Positions 1 to 9,923 of a stretch of DNA of 64,000 nt are shown piece by piece. The number at the start of each line of letters is the position of its first letter. The stretch's first letter is position 1. The stretch is from Candidatus Nomurabacteria bacterium. Lineage in GTDB: Bacteria > Patescibacteriota > Minisyncoccia > Phycocordibacterales > UBA918. The translations under genes and the position numbers were made by a program. Where the stretch lies: the NCBI GenBank assembly GCA_023898585.1, contig CP060229.1, forward strand, positions 381,912 through 445,911. Reading direction: 5' to 3'. The notes beneath the pieces were generated by a model that did not search any database, had not been told where the DNA came from, and saw nothing but the letters and a program-made list of their open reading frames with translations.

Positions 1-1806
1 TTGAGTTTGTGAAATAAATCATGCGCTTCGAGTTTTTTCTCTATAATATTCCAGACATTGTCTCCGGGCATCACCTTATATCCCGGAGTCTGTTTTATCT
101 CTTTAACCAACGCGTTGATTTTTTCGTCAACTGGAGTGCCTACTGTTTCTGCTGATGTTCCCCCTGAATAGGGACTGCTCTCGGGTTGCTCGCCAGCTTT
201 TTCAAATTCTGACTGGTAAACTTCTTGGTTGTTGAATTTTATATCTGATTTTATAGCTTCGGGAGTATCTGGTAGCGCCACTTCAGTATCTGGTGACATC
301 ACCTCCTCGTCAAGTGGGACGTCGAATTTACCTTTTGTAGTATTCATGTCTTCCATTTCTTCAGCCAGTTGTTCTTGTTGTTGGGAACCAAAATAAACCG
401 GAACGGTGTCATTATTTGCAGTCTCTACATTTGTCATCTGGTTAGTGTACTGTTTGTTTCTCTCTGAGCCAAAAAAGACTTGCTTTTTATCATCGTCAGT
501 GTTTACGGTGTTTTCTGTTTGGATTGTAGGGTCGGGTTTTTCTTCAGCTTCCACCGAAAAAGCCTTTTTAAGCACATCCTCCGGAATAGTAGGAGGTTCA
601 TTTTGTGCTTTAGGAATTTCCTCGTTCACCGGCTGGATTTCTTCAGTGGCGGTTTTCAAATTTTCTCCATTGACCTCGGGGACTGTAGAGCCGTTAGCGT
701 AGACAGGTCCTAAGGAAAAGAATGATCCCACGAAACTGCCGATTGACTTTATCCTATTGCCCAACATTTCTAGATTGCCGGTAAATCCGGAAGGCATATT
801 TTCGATACTGAAATCGGACAACTTTTCCAAATCTTCTCCAATTGCGTCCGGATTGAAACCAAGGCTGGCAGTGAGTGCCCCGATCCTGGTAAACTTGGCG
901 GCGGCTCCCGCCCGGTCAATCCATTTTTTGCCTAAACTTTTGTTTTCAACATCCGTCCCTTTTAATTTTTGCCAGTTGTTTTTTACCGCCTCGCCGAATT
1001 TTAAAGCCAGAAGCCCTTCGTCAAATACCAAGCCTTCCTTATGCGCGGTTATTCCCGTCTTTTTGACAAAATCAACACCGTCAAGCGCCAGACTACTAAA
1101 GGCGGAAATTATGTAAGCTTGGCTACCAAGAACCATAACCGAACGCAAGCCTTCTTTGGCAGCCGTCACGCCATCGACTTTCTGCTCGGAGTAATAATCA
1201 AGTAGATTGGTTATATCTTCTTTGACTGCAGACCGATCAACCACTTCTTTTTTTCTATGTTCACGAAGAATACGAGCCATTTCATTACGGGTCTCCGATT
1301 TCTTAATTTCACCTTCTTTAGTGAAGGAAAGTTTTTTATTTATCTCGTTGATCGCTTCTCGGACCGCCGTCGGGTGTTCACTGTCAAGTTGTTCTTGCAA
1401 CACTCTGTATTCTTCATCTTCCGTCTGTCCGGAATTTTCCAGTTCATCAAGACGAGAAAACATTTCACCGCGGGTCATGATACTATTTTCCTTTTTACCT
1501 TCAGCATTACTGTGTAGTGCTGAAAGTTCAGAAAGCAGATCGCTTGTTGATTTGGAAAGCCCGCCTTCTTTGAAGCTTATTCCTCCAATGTCATACCCTC
1601 TCAATTGGTATCTTTCCGTTAGATACACAGGCAGATCATAAAGACCCTTGACACCAGATATAGAAGCGAGCGCTTTAATCCACGGTTTTGACATCTCAAC
1701 CACGTCACTCCCTGTCAGACGATCGGCCGATTTTTCTCGTGTCTCTGCATAAGCCCGCTCTTGTTCAAAGTTGTTGTCTCTTGGGTCTAGTACTCTTTCA
1801 TTCATA
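1..1806 (-). CDS. large hypothetical protein, N-terminal ~600 aa (continues beyond window start)
   Basis: ATG at 1806 on the minus strand opens a frame with no stop to position 1. The three +strand ORFs at 406-1641 lie antisense inside it. Acidic, low-complexity protein with no recognised domain. Confidence 0.45.
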
Positions 1807-1809
1807 GGG

Positions 1810-2178
1810 TTAGTTTAAAGTGGCTGATAAATTGGATAATTCTTTTTGCAATTCTTCATCACGATCGGCTTGGCGTTGGTAAAAGCTGTCAGTTATTTGC
1901 TTCAATTTGGCCTCCATTTCCTCATCGAGCGTTGTCATTTTTGAATTGGCGTACTTGGCTTCCAGTTTGTTTACTAGATTTATGATTTGGGATAATTTTA
2001 GGTGAGGCAGGGCGCTGATGAGTGCTTCTTGTATTTCTTCGTCAAGGTCACTGATTGCCAGAAGCAGAGCAAATTTCTTAGCTAAAAAATCGAGAATCTG
2101 GCTTAGTTCCTCGGTTGTGTAATCGTCATTGGAAGTTTCCATAAATAATGTGTTAATAAGGTTCTTAAATCGGTGCAA
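1810..2178 (-). CDS. hypothetical protein
   Basis: 122-aa ORF immediately upstream of, and co-directional with, the 1..1806 gene. Coiled-coil-like composition. Confidence 0.4.
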   Translation of the reverse strand: MHRFKNLINTLFMETSNDDYTTEELSQILDFLAKKFALLLAISDLDEEIQEALISALPHLKLSQIINLVNKLEAKYANSKMTTLDEEMEAKLKQITDSFYQRQADRDEELQKELSNLSATLN

Positions 2179-2254
2179 AACGCTCGTTATTGTTTGGGCT
2201 GTTTATATTGTATTGTACAGTACAATTTAACATAATCAGTCGTTTATATATACC

Positions 2255-2671
2255 GTGCATAAACCACATGGTATGCTATTTCTCATGAAACGAATGGGAA
2301 TTGATTATGGTGCAAAAAAGATCGGGCTGGCAATCACTGACGATTCAGGGGTGATGGCGTTTCCGTATAAGGTTGTTCCCAACAACGCTGATTTTTTGCG
2401 ATACATCGAGTCGTTGGTGAAAGAGAGAGGGATCAAGGAGATAGTCATCGGTCATTCAATTGATAACAAAGGGGAATCTAACTCCATTCATAAAGCGGTT
2501 GAGTCACTAATCACTGATCTGACATTGTCGCTCGGAATCCCTATTCATTTGGAGCCAGAGCAGTATTCCACGCAACAGGCGGTAAAAATTCAAGGTAAAA
2601 ATGCTCACACCGACGCTTCGGCGGCATCTATCATTCTCGACAGCTTTATTACTAAAAACAAAAAATCATGA
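2255..2671 (+). CDS. ruvX: Holliday-junction resolvase-like RNase H fold protein YqgF/RuvX
   Basis: MGIDYGAKKIGLAITD N-terminal motif typical of YqgF. The more likely start is the internal Met at 2291. Confidence 0.75.
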   Translation: MHKPHGMLFLMKRMGIDYGAKKIGLAITDDSGVMAFPYKVVPNNADFLRYIESLVKERGIKEIVIGHSIDNKGESNSIHKAVESLITDLTLSLGIPIHLEPEQYSTQQAVKIQGKNAHTDASAASIILDSFITKNKKS

Positions 2672-3003
2672 ATACGAACATAAATTACGACGATTTTGCA
2701 AAATTAGAAATACGTGTTGGTACTATCAAAGAAGTTGAGGTGGTGGAAGACGCCGACAAACTACTCAAACTCACCGTAGACCTGGGCGAAGCGGAGCTAC
2801 GCCAGATTGTGTCTGGCATTAGAGAATATTATGAAGACCCAGAAGTGTTGGTAGGGAAACAGTGTCCGTTTGTTGCTAATCTCGAACCCCGGACTATTCG
2901 CGGTTTAGAGAGTCAGGGGATGATTTTGGCCGGTAGTGCCGATGGTGACTTTGCTCTGTTTCATCCTGACAATAAGTTACCGCCGGGTACTCTAGTTTCA
3001 TGA
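2668..3003 (+). CDS. tRNA-binding domain protein (CsaA/Trbp111-like, Myf domain)
   Basis: LKLTVDLGEAELRQIVSGIREYY matches the EMAP/Myf tRNA-binding fold. 4-bp overlap with ruvX. Confidence 0.65.
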   Translation: MNTNINYDDFAKLEIRVGTIKEVEVVEDADKLLKLTVDLGEAELRQIVSGIREYYEDPEVLVGKQCPFVANLEPRTIRGLESQGMILAGSADGDFALFHPDNKLPPGTLVS

Positions 3004-3006
3004 TCT

Positions 3007-3621
3007 ATGACTACTCTGGAGAAAGACCTTGAGGTGCAAGTTGAACAAGTGCTTCATTCGAAAAGTGTTGGGAGGGTACAAAAACTGCTTCGTTCCAAAT
3101 CCGGAGTATTGATGATTTCGATTATTTCTTTTTTAGAATCGGCTCTGCCGATACCTATTATCACCGACCCTTTTTTGATCGCAGTCATTTTAGCCAACAG
3201 AACAAAAACAGCTTTGCTGGTCGCTACAACAGTTGTTTCGTCTGTTGTTGGCGGTCTCTTTGCTTTCGCGGTGGCTTCATTATTTTTTGACACCATGGTC
3301 GGGTATTTGTCGCCCGAAATAATGGCTGAGTTTCAAACTATGGTCTCTTCCAATCAATCAGATACTTTCATGTTGACTCTGGTTGGAGCGATTACTCCCG
3401 TACCGTACACTATCGTTGCCTGGGTGGTGGCGGTAATCGAGGGTGGAGTTATTACTTTTATTCTCGCTTCAGTTATTGGTCGTGGATTAAGGTATTTCAT
3501 AGTAGGCTATTGTACTTATCGTTTCGGACCGCTCGCTATTTCATACGCAAAACGCTACATCGTCCTGACTTCAGTAATTGTACTAGGTTTAACTGTCTTA
3601 TACATTTGGCTTAAGATGTGA
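3007..3621 (+). CDS. DedA/YqaA-family (SNARE-associated-like) membrane protein
   Basis: Multi-TM protein with LESALPIPIITDPFLIAV motif. Confidence 0.5.
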   Translation: MTTLEKDLEVQVEQVLHSKSVGRVQKLLRSKSGVLMISIISFLESALPIPIITDPFLIAVILANRTKTALLVATTVVSSVVGGLFAFAVASLFFDTMVGYLSPEIMAEFQTMVSSNQSDTFMLTLVGAITPVPYTIVAWVVAVIEGGVITFILASVIGRGLRYFIVGYCTYRFGPLAISYAKRYIVLTSVIVLGLTVLYIWLKM

Positions 3622-3622
3622 G

Positions 3623-4765
3623 TTGCTGGTCTCGAAAGTAAGGCTTGAACAGCGTATACTTAAGGCACGTATTATGTCTTCGGTTCTTTCAAGAATTCTT
3701 CCGCCTCCGGCTTACATAACAATGCCGTCTGTTGGAGTTGATATTTCTGACACTTCTTTAAAATACATCGCTTTCGAACCAACCGTTCGAGAGGGGATTG
3801 ATCGTAAGTTGAAGCTGTGGGGAGACATTTCCATACCAAACGGTATCTTGCAAAGAGGGCAACTCGATAAGCCTGAACAGCTAGTTATCGTGCTCAAGGA
3901 ATTCAAATCAATAACAAAAGCGGAATTTGTCACTGTATCTTTACCGGAAGAGAGAGCTTATTTGTTTGAGACAACAATAAAACGTGATGTCCCTCTTAAA
4001 GAAATAAGAAGTTTATTAGAATTTAAGCTGGAGGAGAATGTTCCGATTCCTTCCAAAGATGTAATTTTTGATTATGTAATTATTCCGGGCGATTCCGAGA
4101 CGAGAACGATGCAGATTGCCGTCGCAGCTTATGGTAAAGAAACAGTTTTGAAATATTACGATGCTTGCAAGGAAGCCGGGCTTCGTCCGATCTCCTTTGA
4201 GGTCGAAGCGCAGGCCATGGCTCGCTCAGTCATATCAAATGACATAAGTGGAGCAGTCATGTTGGTGGATTTCGGAAAAACAAGAACCGGCATCGGGATT
4301 GTCTACAAAGGAATTTTACTCTACACTTCCACCATCGATATCGGCGGTGATCAATTATCACAATCGCTACGTAGCATTTTAGGGTCCGATGTGGCTGAAT
4401 CCAGCTTAACTAAAATAAAAAATACGGAAGGTTTGATGCGTGGTGTGGATTCTTCCGATGTTCACGATGCTTTGCTTAGTGTCGTTTCTATCATCAAAGA
4501 CGAACTGATCACCAGAATGCAGTACTGGCATTTGCGCAACGGCAACAGTGAAGAAAGGAGGATAACATCAATTATGATGTGTGGTGGAAGCGCAAATATG
4601 AAGGGTCTGCCTGCATATCTTACCGAAACCATCGGCGTTCCTTGTGTCAGAGGTAATGTCTGGGAGAACACTTTTTCTCTTGATAACAATGTTCCTCCGA
4701 TCGATAAGTGGCATTCTTTCGGGTATGCGACAGCGATCGGTCTAGCGCTTAAAAAATTCGTATGA
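3623..4765 (+). CDS. pilM: type IV pilus assembly protein PilM (actin-like ATPase)
   Basis: Actin-like fold motifs (LVDFGKTRTGIGIV, DIGGDQLSQ). Followed by pilN/pilO-like genes with overlapping stop/start codons. Confidence 0.7.
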   Translation: MLVSKVRLEQRILKARIMSSVLSRILPPPAYITMPSVGVDISDTSLKYIAFEPTVREGIDRKLKLWGDISIPNGILQRGQLDKPEQLVIVLKEFKSITKAEFVTVSLPEERAYLFETTIKRDVPLKEIRSLLEFKLEENVPIPSKDVIFDYVIIPGDSETRTMQIAVAAYGKETVLKYYDACKEAGLRPISFEVEAQAMARSVISNDISGAVMLVDFGKTRTGIGIVYKGILLYTSTIDIGGDQLSQSLRSILGSDVAESSLTKIKNTEGLMRGVDSSDVHDALLSVVSIIKDELITRMQYWHLRNGNSEERRITSIMMCGGSANMKGLPAYLTETIGVPCVRGNVWENTFSLDNNVPPIDKWHSFGYATAIGLALKKFV

Positions 4766-5313
4766 TCAATTTAATTCCTCAGTACGCAAAGAAGAGTCTG
4801 GTTATCGAGTATTGGGTTCGTGTTTGTTCCGCCTGGTTGAGTTTATTGGCGGTCGCTCTTTTTGCCGGAGCTTGTGTTCTTTTGCCTACTTATGTATTGA
4901 TTGGTTCGCAAATTTCCGCTTATGAGACATCCGTGCAAGAAGCATCACAAAAAGTGTCCGATTATGAAAACGTCTCAATGTCGCTACAAGAAGCAAGTCT
5001 GCAAGCCAAAGAAATTGTTGACGAGCTTCAACTGCCGGTTTTTTCAAGTTATATAGATATGTTTGATGATCTGCAGGGCCCCGACCTCTCTATCAGTTCA
5101 ATAAACCTAAGATTGAATGAAAGCGGGAAGGGCATAGCACCGGTTTTGTTGAGCGGAATCGCGTCCAATCGCCAATCTCTCTCAACTTTTCGTGATCGAC
5201 TTCTCAGTAACGAAAATGTAACGACAGTTGATTTACCGATTTCCAATTTGGAGAAAGATAAGGACATCCAGTTTTCCATTACGATAACTTTCAGTAACGA
5301 AACCAAACTATGA
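4762..5313 (+). CDS. pilN: PilN-like pilus assembly protein
   Basis: N-terminal INLIPQY plus a single TM, the typical PilN start. Position after pilM. Confidence 0.55.
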   Translation: MINLIPQYAKKSLVIEYWVRVCSAWLSLLAVALFAGACVLLPTYVLIGSQISAYETSVQEASQKVSDYENVSMSLQEASLQAKEIVDELQLPVFSSYIDMFDDLQGPDLSISSINLRLNESGKGIAPVLLSGIASNRQSLSTFRDRLLSNENVTTVDLPISNLEKDKDIQFSITITFSNETKL

Positions 5314-5837
5314 GTAAAGCGACAATCAGAAATCTTGTCATATCTTTAATTCTCATCGCTTCGGCCCTGACCGTTTTCGGCTTAATGGTTTTTCAGGTAA
5401 GAGATCAGGGTAATCAACTAATTGCGCAAATGGAGTCTTTGAGAGAAGAGCAGTCTCAGGTGGGTTCTTATATCGCACTGCAACGTATTTCTGAGAAGTC
5501 GGCAGATGATAGAAATCTTCTGAAGAGCTATTTCCTTTCACAAGAAAGCGACAGTATTTATTTTTTGAATCAGGTTGAGTCCCTTGCCCCGCAAGTTGGT
5601 GTTGAAATCAGAACCAGTGGGTTGGGAACAGTTCAGAATGAAAAAGAAGAAGTCGAATGGATAAAGGTGACATTTTCTTTCTCGGGATCGCGTGAACGAG
5701 TGGAAAGATTCATTAAAATTCTTGAGAACTATCCCTTGCTATCGAGAATTAATTCAGTCAATTTCCTCTCCCGGTCGGGGGGGGAGTGGGAAGCGAGTGT
5801 TAATATGCAGGTAAGAGTAACGGCTTATGGTAAATAA
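5310..5837 (+). CDS. pilO: PilO-like pilus assembly protein
   Basis: Single N-terminal TM plus coiled coil. Position and overlap in the pilMNO arrangement. Confidence 0.45.
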   Translation: MSKATIRNLVISLILIASALTVFGLMVFQVRDQGNQLIAQMESLREEQSQVGSYIALQRISEKSADDRNLLKSYFLSQESDSIYFLNQVESLAPQVGVEIRTSGLGTVQNEKEEVEWIKVTFSFSGSRERVERFIKILENYPLLSRINSVNFLSRSGGEWEASVNMQVRVTAYGK

Positions 5838-6327
5838 GAAACAATTTTCTCAAATTGCCAAAAGGATAGTCAAGTCTAATAAAGGCTTGCAAAGCCCGAG
5901 GATAATGCACCCAATTCGCGAATGGTTTATTGGCATAACACTGGCCGTTATTGTCTTTGTCGCTTGTGGCGCGTGGAGTGCTTACATACACATGAAGCAC
6001 AAAGACCTTTCTGTAAAGCAATTGAATGAAATAGACTCTGAGGTCGTTGTCTACAAAGAATCTTTGGTAGGAACCGCCATCAAAGAGTTCTCGGAGCGTC
6101 TAGACAAGCATGACGTGCTTTTGCAGGAGATTTCCGCTAACCCAATCATAGAAGATGTTCCTGAAGAAGTCGAAGATACAACGGTGGCCACTGCATCAAG
6201 CTCGGAAGTGATTACAGACGAGGAATTGCCGGTCGTTGTATCTAATGAGGTAGAGGAAGATGCTGTCACTCCCGAAGAAGCAGAAACCGATGGAGAGGTA
6301 TTAGAGGAGAGTATGTTAATTGAGTAG
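5827..6327 (+). CDS. hypothetical membrane-anchored protein with acidic C-terminus (possible pilus accessory protein)
   Basis: Overlaps the pilO-like stop. One TM then an acidic tail. Confidence 0.35.
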   Translation: MVNKKQFSQIAKRIVKSNKGLQSPRIMHPIREWFIGITLAVIVFVACGAWSAYIHMKHKDLSVKQLNEIDSEVVVYKESLVGTAIKEFSERLDKHDVLLQEISANPIIEDVPEEVEDTTVATASSSEVITDEELPVVVSNEVEEDAVTPEEAETDGEVLEESMLIE

Positions 6328-6376
6328 ACAATTGTTGCTACTATTGTCACGAAGCCACGGGGTTTCTTTCCTTTCC

Positions 6377-6397
6377 CCGCGCGCCTGCGGCGCGCGG
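6377..6397 (+). terminator. GC-rich hairpin (9-bp stem ccgcgcgcc/ggcgcgcgg, 3-nt loop) after the pilus cluster
   Basis: Perfect palindrome seen directly. Weak U-tract, so terminator function is only probable. Confidence 0.4.
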
Positions 6398-6533
6398 TTC
6401 TCCCGTCCTTTCGGAACGAGAAGTTTCTGAATCTGCCCCTCGATTTATTTAGATGGAACCAAATTGAGGAAGAATTGAGAGGGTTGTTGGATGTAAAGGA
6501 GGTTGTAAACACCCAATTTGCTATACTTAACTA

Positions 6534-7529
6534 ATGCAATCAAACGAAAAACTAGGTTCTGATGAACATCATAAACCAAATGTTATTTTTCGTAATGAAC
6601 CAAAGTTATCTGAGCACGAGATTGACAACGATTTGAATAAAATGCGAACGGAGTTCATGACGTATATCCAGGACTTTGTAACAGAGCACGATTTATTCAA
6701 GAATGAAACAGAGGTAGGCATTGAATTTGCTCAAAAAGGAGTATCTTCTGTAATTGCCATCATTGACACGCCTGCAGGCAAGTGGGTATTAAAAATACCC
6801 CGAAACAAAAGACATACCGTTGGAGAGGGTGAATTTTTTCAGGTGTGGGAGAAAGCTGGGGTTACTGTTCCACAAGTAATTGAAACTGGTGAATTAAATG
6901 ATTCGCCGTATACACTTATGGAATATATAGACGCCCAGACACTTGATACTTGCTACAGTCATGAGGAGCTTTTAGCTAAAGGTACATTCGTTGAGATGGG
7001 AGAAGCTCTTCGGTGTATGCATTCTGAATCTGCTGATGGTTACGGATTTGTTGTTGATGGTAAACCAGAATTTGAGACAGTAGAAGAATGGCTTGAGGGA
7101 GATGACATGAAAAGACGTTTTGATTACATAGATGAGCATAATTTACTTGAAGGAATTGAGGATGAGCTAGATAAAGCTCTGGAAGTAATTAAGCAACACT
7201 CAGAAAATTCTGATAGTACGTATTGCCACGATGATTTTGGAACAGCGAACATCTTCGCAACTGACCCAATAACAATTTTTGACCCTCAACCAAAATTCAA
7301 CAGTGGGTACTATGATTTAGGTAAAATCAATTTTATTAAAATTGCTATGAGTGGTTCGGACGAATCGTTCAAACAGTTACTCGATGGCTACTTTGATGAC
7401 AATGACTGCAACGATGCAGTACTCAATGCTTATACTTTTCTTGCTTTTTGCATGAAGTGTCCGTACTGGCATCGAACAGGAAGACAGGAGCAATTGGAGA
7501 CTGCGAAGAAATACTTTAGAAATTGTTGA
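6534..7529 (+). CDS. phosphotransferase-family kinase (APH/choline-kinase-like)
   Basis: CHDDFGTANIF (Brenner H-x-D...N motif) and a D-x-G-K/DLG segment typical of aminoglycoside/choline kinase fold. Confidence 0.55.
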   Translation: MQSNEKLGSDEHHKPNVIFRNEPKLSEHEIDNDLNKMRTEFMTYIQDFVTEHDLFKNETEVGIEFAQKGVSSVIAIIDTPAGKWVLKIPRNKRHTVGEGEFFQVWEKAGVTVPQVIETGELNDSPYTLMEYIDAQTLDTCYSHEELLAKGTFVEMGEALRCMHSESADGYGFVVDGKPEFETVEEWLEGDDMKRRFDYIDEHNLLEGIEDELDKALEVIKQHSENSDSTYCHDDFGTANIFATDPITIFDPQPKFNSGYYDLGKINFIKIAMSGSDESFKQLLDGYFDDNDCNDAVLNAYTFLAFCMKCPYWHRTGRQEQLETAKKYFRNC

Positions 7530-7549
7530 TATTTGGTTCCAACACATCA

Positions 7550-8655
7550 AAATTTGGCATAAGGTACACAAACGTAGGGATAAAATACTAAATGTACGTT
7601 ATGTGGTATAGCTATAGTGGCTAATACTTATTTTCATGATTAAAAAAACACCAGAAATGCGGTGTTTGCGGATCACTAAGAACAGTTAAGAATGGTCACC
7701 TAAGAGGTATTCAAACATACAAATGCAAAGACTGTGGCAAGAAATTTAGTACCAAAAGAAGAAGTCAAACCAAGCTGGTCAAACAGCTATGGAAGGACTA
7801 CGTGTTTCATAAGCAAACTTTTCGGGAGTTAGGTCTGACACACAATTTGGACAGACGAACTATCAGAAATCTCATCGATACGTATCAATCGCCACCAAAG
7901 CTACACATGCCACGAAACGTGCACCTCGTAGTGGATGCGACGTACTTTGGTGAACGAAACGAGGAGACCTGCTGGTGTTTGGTTGTGTTTAGGTGTCCTC
8001 GGTCCAAAGAGAATCTGTGGTGGACGTTCTGTGGTACTGAAACCACTAGTGTATACAAAGAGGGACGTGAGTATCTTGAGTCACTGGGTTATACCATTCA
8101 GAGTGTCACCGGAGATGGTTTTGGTGGTATTAGACAAGCTTTTTCTGGTGTTCCGTTCCAAATGTGTCATGTGCATATGGAGCGGTTAGTTATCAAAGGA
8201 ACAACAAGGAAACCACAAACAGAGGCAGGTCAGGTGCTCCTGGCGATGGTGAGGTCACTTCAGTGCATGGATCAAGCCACGTTTAGAAACCGAATGAGAT
8301 TATTCTTCGACAAGTACCACACCTTCATGAATGAATGCACCACCCACCCCTTAACCGGTGACTGGAGTTATACCCACGAAGGGGTACGATCTGCGTATCG
8401 GAGTCTGGTCAACTTTGAACCTTACCTATTCGTCTACCAACATAACAAGAAGATATCCCGAACCACCAACTCACTTGAAGGCCACTTTTCACATATCAAT
8501 CGAGTCACCTCTATCCATAGAGGATTATCAAAATCACAGAAGCAGAAAGTCCTTCATTCCATTTGCCTTGCTTCTTCTGTTTCTCCTACTGAGGATAAAC
8601 TTGCTCATATTCTATGAAAATATCCCTACGTTTGTGTACCTTATGCCTAAAATTT
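7550..8655 (+). mobile_element. IS element (IS1595/IS1-superfamily-like) with ~33-bp imperfect terminal inverted repeats and candidate 5-bp direct repeats 'catca'
   Basis: 27-bp perfect inverted-repeat core ggcataaggtacacaaacgtagggata at 7556-7582, and its reverse complement at 8621-8647. 'catca' at 7545-7549 and 8656-8660. Single transposase gene inside. Confidence 0.7.
7636..8617 (+). CDS. transposase (N-terminal zinc-ribbon CxxC...CxxC plus DDE domain) with apparent +1 frame break in an A7 run at codons 3-5
   Basis: ATG 7636 gives MIKK, then the A7 run 7642-7648 shifts into the frame encoding HQKCGVCGS...YKCKDCGKKF...NSLEGHFSHINR (ORF-track 7802..8617). Removing one A restores a single ~327-aa ORF. 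Confidence 0.6.
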
Positions 8656-8832
8656 CATCAGTGATTTTTCAAAACTTGGAACCACAAAAACACCCTCAAG
8701 AATAATTTAAATATCTCACTCTCTATTTTTGTGCCTCTGAAAGGTACCCCTTCGGGCCGGAGACAAGCTTATAAACTTGCTGTCCCTTCGATTCCTGACG
8801 AGAGCAAAGCAGTTTGCTCTCTGTAGGGGCAC

Positions 8833-8860
8833 GAACAAAAATAGCACACTGATGTGTGCT
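8833..8860 (-). terminator. hairpin agcacac-tgat-gtgtgct plus U-run downstream of tRNA-Arg (minus strand)
   Basis: 7-bp perfect stem followed on the minus strand by UUUUUGUU. Confidence 0.45.
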
Positions 8861-8873
8861 CATTTTGTACTCG

Positions 8874-8945
8874 CGCCCCTACCAGGAATCGAACCCAGAT
8901 CAACGGCTTAGAAGTCCGCAGTTTTATCCATTAAACTATAGGGGC
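8874..8945 (-). tRNA. tRNA-Arg (anticodon TCT)
   Basis: Manual fold. Acceptor GCCCCTA/TAGGGGC, D arm GTTT/AAAC, anticodon loop cTTCTAa, T arm GGTTCGATTCC. One A:G mismatch at 31:39. Confidence 0.65.
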
Positions 8946-9077
8946 TGTTTACCTTACCGTTTTTACGGCAGTGATAACCATACCAGATATTTACCGAACA
9001 GGAAATACTTACTAGCCTATCTTCCTTCTCATCAGTCTGTCTGTCTACGGGTCAGTCTGAAGCAGATAGATGAACTA

Positions 9078-9920
9078 TCACTCAAGCATTCTTGATTGGT
9101 TAGGTGTTCTGAATTTTGTATAAATCAAAACCATGATAAAAATCAGGCCTTGGACGAAAACTATAGTGGCGCCGGTCGCTATGTCGAAATAGTAACTACT
9201 GTAAGCTCCAACCAAAGAGCTGAATATGCTAACACCAACAGCAATTTTAATCATGGTAATAAAACGTTTGGTGAGAAGGAAAGCGGTCGAACCGGGGGTA
9301 ATCAGCATGGCGATTACTAGTATGATACCGACCGTCTGGATTGATCCGGTAATCGCGATAGCTAAGAGTGAAAGAAAAGAATAATGGACCAGACTCATAG
9401 GTAAACCAATCGCTTTTCCGTGAGTGGGATCAAAGCAAAACATAGTAAACATCTTGCGGAACGTGATCACTACTAACGATACTATTCCTAATATGATGCC
9501 GGTATACCAAGCCGAAGTGTTAGATATTCCCAACACCTCACCAAAAAGAACATGGGTCAAATCAACAGAGCTGACCACTTTTGAGATCATCATAATACCC
9601 AAGGCAAAGAACATTGTAAAAACAATTCCCATCACCGCGTCTTCTTTTATACGAGTGTTGCTTTTTATGTATCCAATTAATATGACTGCTAGCATAGCAA
9701 AGACAAAAGCTCCCAAGCCGAAAGGAATACCGATGACATATGCTAGTACCACCCCGGGCAATACGGCGTGCGAAATGGCGTCACCCAAAAGAGCCCAACC
9801 TTTCAGGATAAGAAAACAAGACATGATGGCGAGAGTAGCACCAACAATCGTGGATACAACAACAGCCTTCAACATAAACGAATACTGTAGTGGTTCAATA
9901 AAAAAGTCTAAAGCAAACAT
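9078..9920 (-). CDS. metal (Zn/Mn) ABC transporter permease (ABC-3 family, ZnuB/MntB/TroC-like)
   Basis: Eight-TM protein with ABC-3 family motifs. Downstream of the ATPase gene in an operon. Confidence 0.7.
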   Translation of the reverse strand: MFALDFFIEPLQYSFMLKAVVVSTIVGATLAIMSCFLILKGWALLGDAISHAVLPGVVLAYVIGIPFGLGAFVFAMLAVILIGYIKSNTRIKEDAVMGIVFTMFFALGIMMISKVVSSVDLTHVLFGEVLGISNTSAWYTGIILGIVSLVVITFRKMFTMFCFDPTHGKAIGLPMSLVHYSFLSLLAIAITGSIQTVGIILVIAMLITPGSTAFLLTKRFITMIKIAVGVSIFSSLVGAYSSYYFDIATGATIVFVQGLIFIMVLIYTKFRTPNQSRMLE

Positions 9921-9923
9921 ATA

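Noticed and set aside
406-1641. Three + strand ORFs (98-144 aa) in the first 1.7 kb
   Set aside because: They lie antisense within a single long minus-strand ORF running from 1806 past the window start. They are low-complexity with no starts supported by an RBS.
6051-6512. 153-aa minus-strand ORF
   Set aside because: Antisense to the 5827..6327 gene and the terminator. Poly-Ser/Thr/Arg composition.
8700-8832. Possible structured ncRNA between the IS and tRNA-Arg (hairpins at 8800-8821, UUCG-like loop at ~8735-8750)
   Set aside because: The hairpins are adequately explained as tRNA-Arg terminator-distal structures or IS-adjacent target-site remnants. No recognisable Rfam-like motif (tmRNA, SRP, RNase P) was seen.
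8856-9095. 79-aa + strand ORF
   Set aside because: Overlaps tRNA-Arg on the opposite strand and the 3' end of the permease gene. No RBS.
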